Part shown: one piece after another, positions 62,820-64,000 of the stretch
Layout of the letters: each line of letters begins with the position of its first letter
Numbering within the stretch: the first letter of the stretch is position 1
Source: Bacillota bacterium
Lineage (GTDB): Bacteria > Bacillota > Clostridia > Ch29
Reading direction: 5' to 3'
Length of the DNA: 64,000 nt
Assembly (NCBI GenBank): GCA_040766775.1
Contig: JAXGPT010000007.1
Span: 1,500 to 65,499 of the forward strand
The notes under the pieces: generated by a model
What the model saw: the letters and a program-made list of their open reading frames with translations, nothing else
Told to the model about the DNA's origin: nothing
Databases searched by the model: none
Program-made: the position numbers and the translations under genes

Positions 62820-64000
62820 CTATTCCACCGAGACCAGGTAATAGTATACCGGCTGCCCTCCATAATGCACTTCAATTTCACAATCCGGCATAATGTCCCC
62901 AAGTTTGTCCCCAAGGGATTCAGCCTGCTCCTTGCTGACCTGCTCCCCATAGAATATCGTTATTACGTCACCACCGTCTTCCGCAAGGGCGGATACCAGC
63001 TCCAGGGCTACTTCGTCCACGTCCTCACCCTTTTTATAGATCTTGCCCTCGGCTATGCCTATAATATCCCCCTCCTGCATTTCTATCCCGTCAAACACCG
63101 AGTCCCTTACCGCGTAAGTAACCTGTCCGGTTTTAACGTTCTCTATGGCTTTTTTCATATCACTGTAATTATCATCGGCGCTGCGCATTGAATTGAACGC
63201 CAGCATCGCCGAAATGCCCTGGGGCATTGACTTTGTAGGCACCACAAACACATTTTTGTCGGTAAGCTCACCCGCCTGGTTGGCCGACAGTATGACATTG
63301 CCATTGTTGGGCAGTATGAAAATATTCTTCGCCCTCAAAGCTTCCACTGCCTTTACTATGTCCTGGGTGCTGGGATTCATGGTCTGGCCTCCCGGTATTA
63401 TGGCATCCACGCCCAGGTCCTTAAACAGGTCCATGAACCCGTCCCCCATTACCACGCTTATTATCCCGAATTCCTTTTGTTCAATTTCGCTTTCTATGGT
63501 GGAGCGGTGCTGCTCCTTCATGTTTTCTATCTTGATCCGGGACAGTTCGCCCAGTTTCAGGCCCTCTTCCAGTACCCTGCCGGGCTGGTTTGTATGTATA
63601 TGCACCTTGATTACCCTCTCATCCCCCACCACAAGCGTGCAGTCACCCAGGCCCTGGTATGCTTCCTTAAGCTGCTGCGCCGAACCGGCGGGGTTCTTTA
63701 TTATGAACTCGGTACAATAGGGAAACTGCATATCCGAATGGTCGTCTACATCTTCCACCATACCTTCCGACGGCAGCTTTAGGGCGTCTTCGCCGTTTAT
63801 TACTATCTCCTCGCCCCTTATGGCGTTCAGAAAACCAAGCAGGATATATACGAACCCCTTCCCGCCGGCGTCCACAACCCCCGCCTGGGCCAGCACTTTC
63901 AGCATTTGCGGCGTTTTTTCCAGTGTAGCCATCGACTGTTTCAGTATTTGTTCCAAAAACTCGTCAAACTGGCTGACCTTTTTGCAGACCTCATTGGCTT
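62820..64000 (-). CDS. fakA: DAK2-domain fatty acid kinase subunit FakA/YloV (5' end beyond window)
   Basis: GVVDAGGKG, YCTEF, KVHIHT, GGQTMNPS, GGQPVYYY. Confidence 0.92.
   Translation of the reverse strand, partial: ANEVCKKVSQFDEFLEQILKQSMATLEKTPQMLKVLAQAGVVDAGGKGFVYILLGFLNAIRGEEIVINGEDALKLPSEGMVEDVDDHSDMQFPYCTEFIIKNPAGSAQQLKEAYQGLGDCTLVVGDERVIKVHIHTNQPGRVLEEGLKLGELSRIKIENMKEQHRSTIESEIEQKEFGIISVVMGDGFMDLFKDLGVDAIIPGGQTMNPSTQDIVKAVEALRAKNIFILPNNGNVILSANQAGELTDKNVFVVPTKSMPQGISAMLAFNSMRSADDNYSDMKKAIENVKTGQVTYAVRDSVFDGIEMQEGDIIGIAEGKIYKKGEDVDEVALELVSALAEDGGDVITIFYGEQVSKEQAESLGDKLGDIMPDCEIEVHYGGQPVYYYLVSVE

Noticed and set aside
103-63782. Many long plus-strand ORFs antisense to core genes (e.g. 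41755..42837, 38778..39587, 29417..30190)
   Set aside because: Shadow frames of well-identified minus-strand genes, with no recognisable motifs or RBS.
1-64000. CRISPR arrays, tRNA/rRNA genes, prophage, IS elements
   Set aside because: No repeat-spacer periodicity, cloverleaf or rRNA signatures, phage genes or transposases seen; intergenic space is small and accounted for.

Overview
64 kb of a motile, endospore-forming Firmicute (Clostridia-like), almost all conserved core genome on the minus strand. Reading the minus strand from the right end: fakA(DAK2)-recG-two SASP genes-rsmD-coaD, ylbJ/patatin/tmcAL, ackA-yceD-rpmF, fapR-plsX-fabHKDG-acpP-fabF-rnc-radical SAM-smc-ftsY-ylxM-ffh-rpsP-khpA-rimM-trmD-rplS-lepB-rbgA-rnhB, comM-dprA-topA-trmFO-hslVU, then the flgB...motAB-fliL flagellar operon behind a c-di-GMP-I riboswitch. 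The one accessory block (~43.0-52.6 kb) interrupts the usual rpmF-fapR junction. It holds (i) a class IIC group II intron inserted just after the rpmF terminator and (ii) a sigma54 enhancer-binding protein divergent from a -24/-12 promoter driving glutamate 2,3-aminomutase plus a TAXI-TRAP transporter. This second unit is the best candidate for an undescribed system (inducible beta-glutamate uptake/interconversion). Other non-coding elements seen: a CsfG-like forespore sRNA, the L19 leader, a FapR operator, a palindrome at the ylxM promoter and a structured flgE leader. Many essential genes carry 1-bp indels, which I read as sequencing/assembly errors, so split ORFs are merged and their ends are approximate. 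All identifications are by eye from motifs and gene order; no searches were run.
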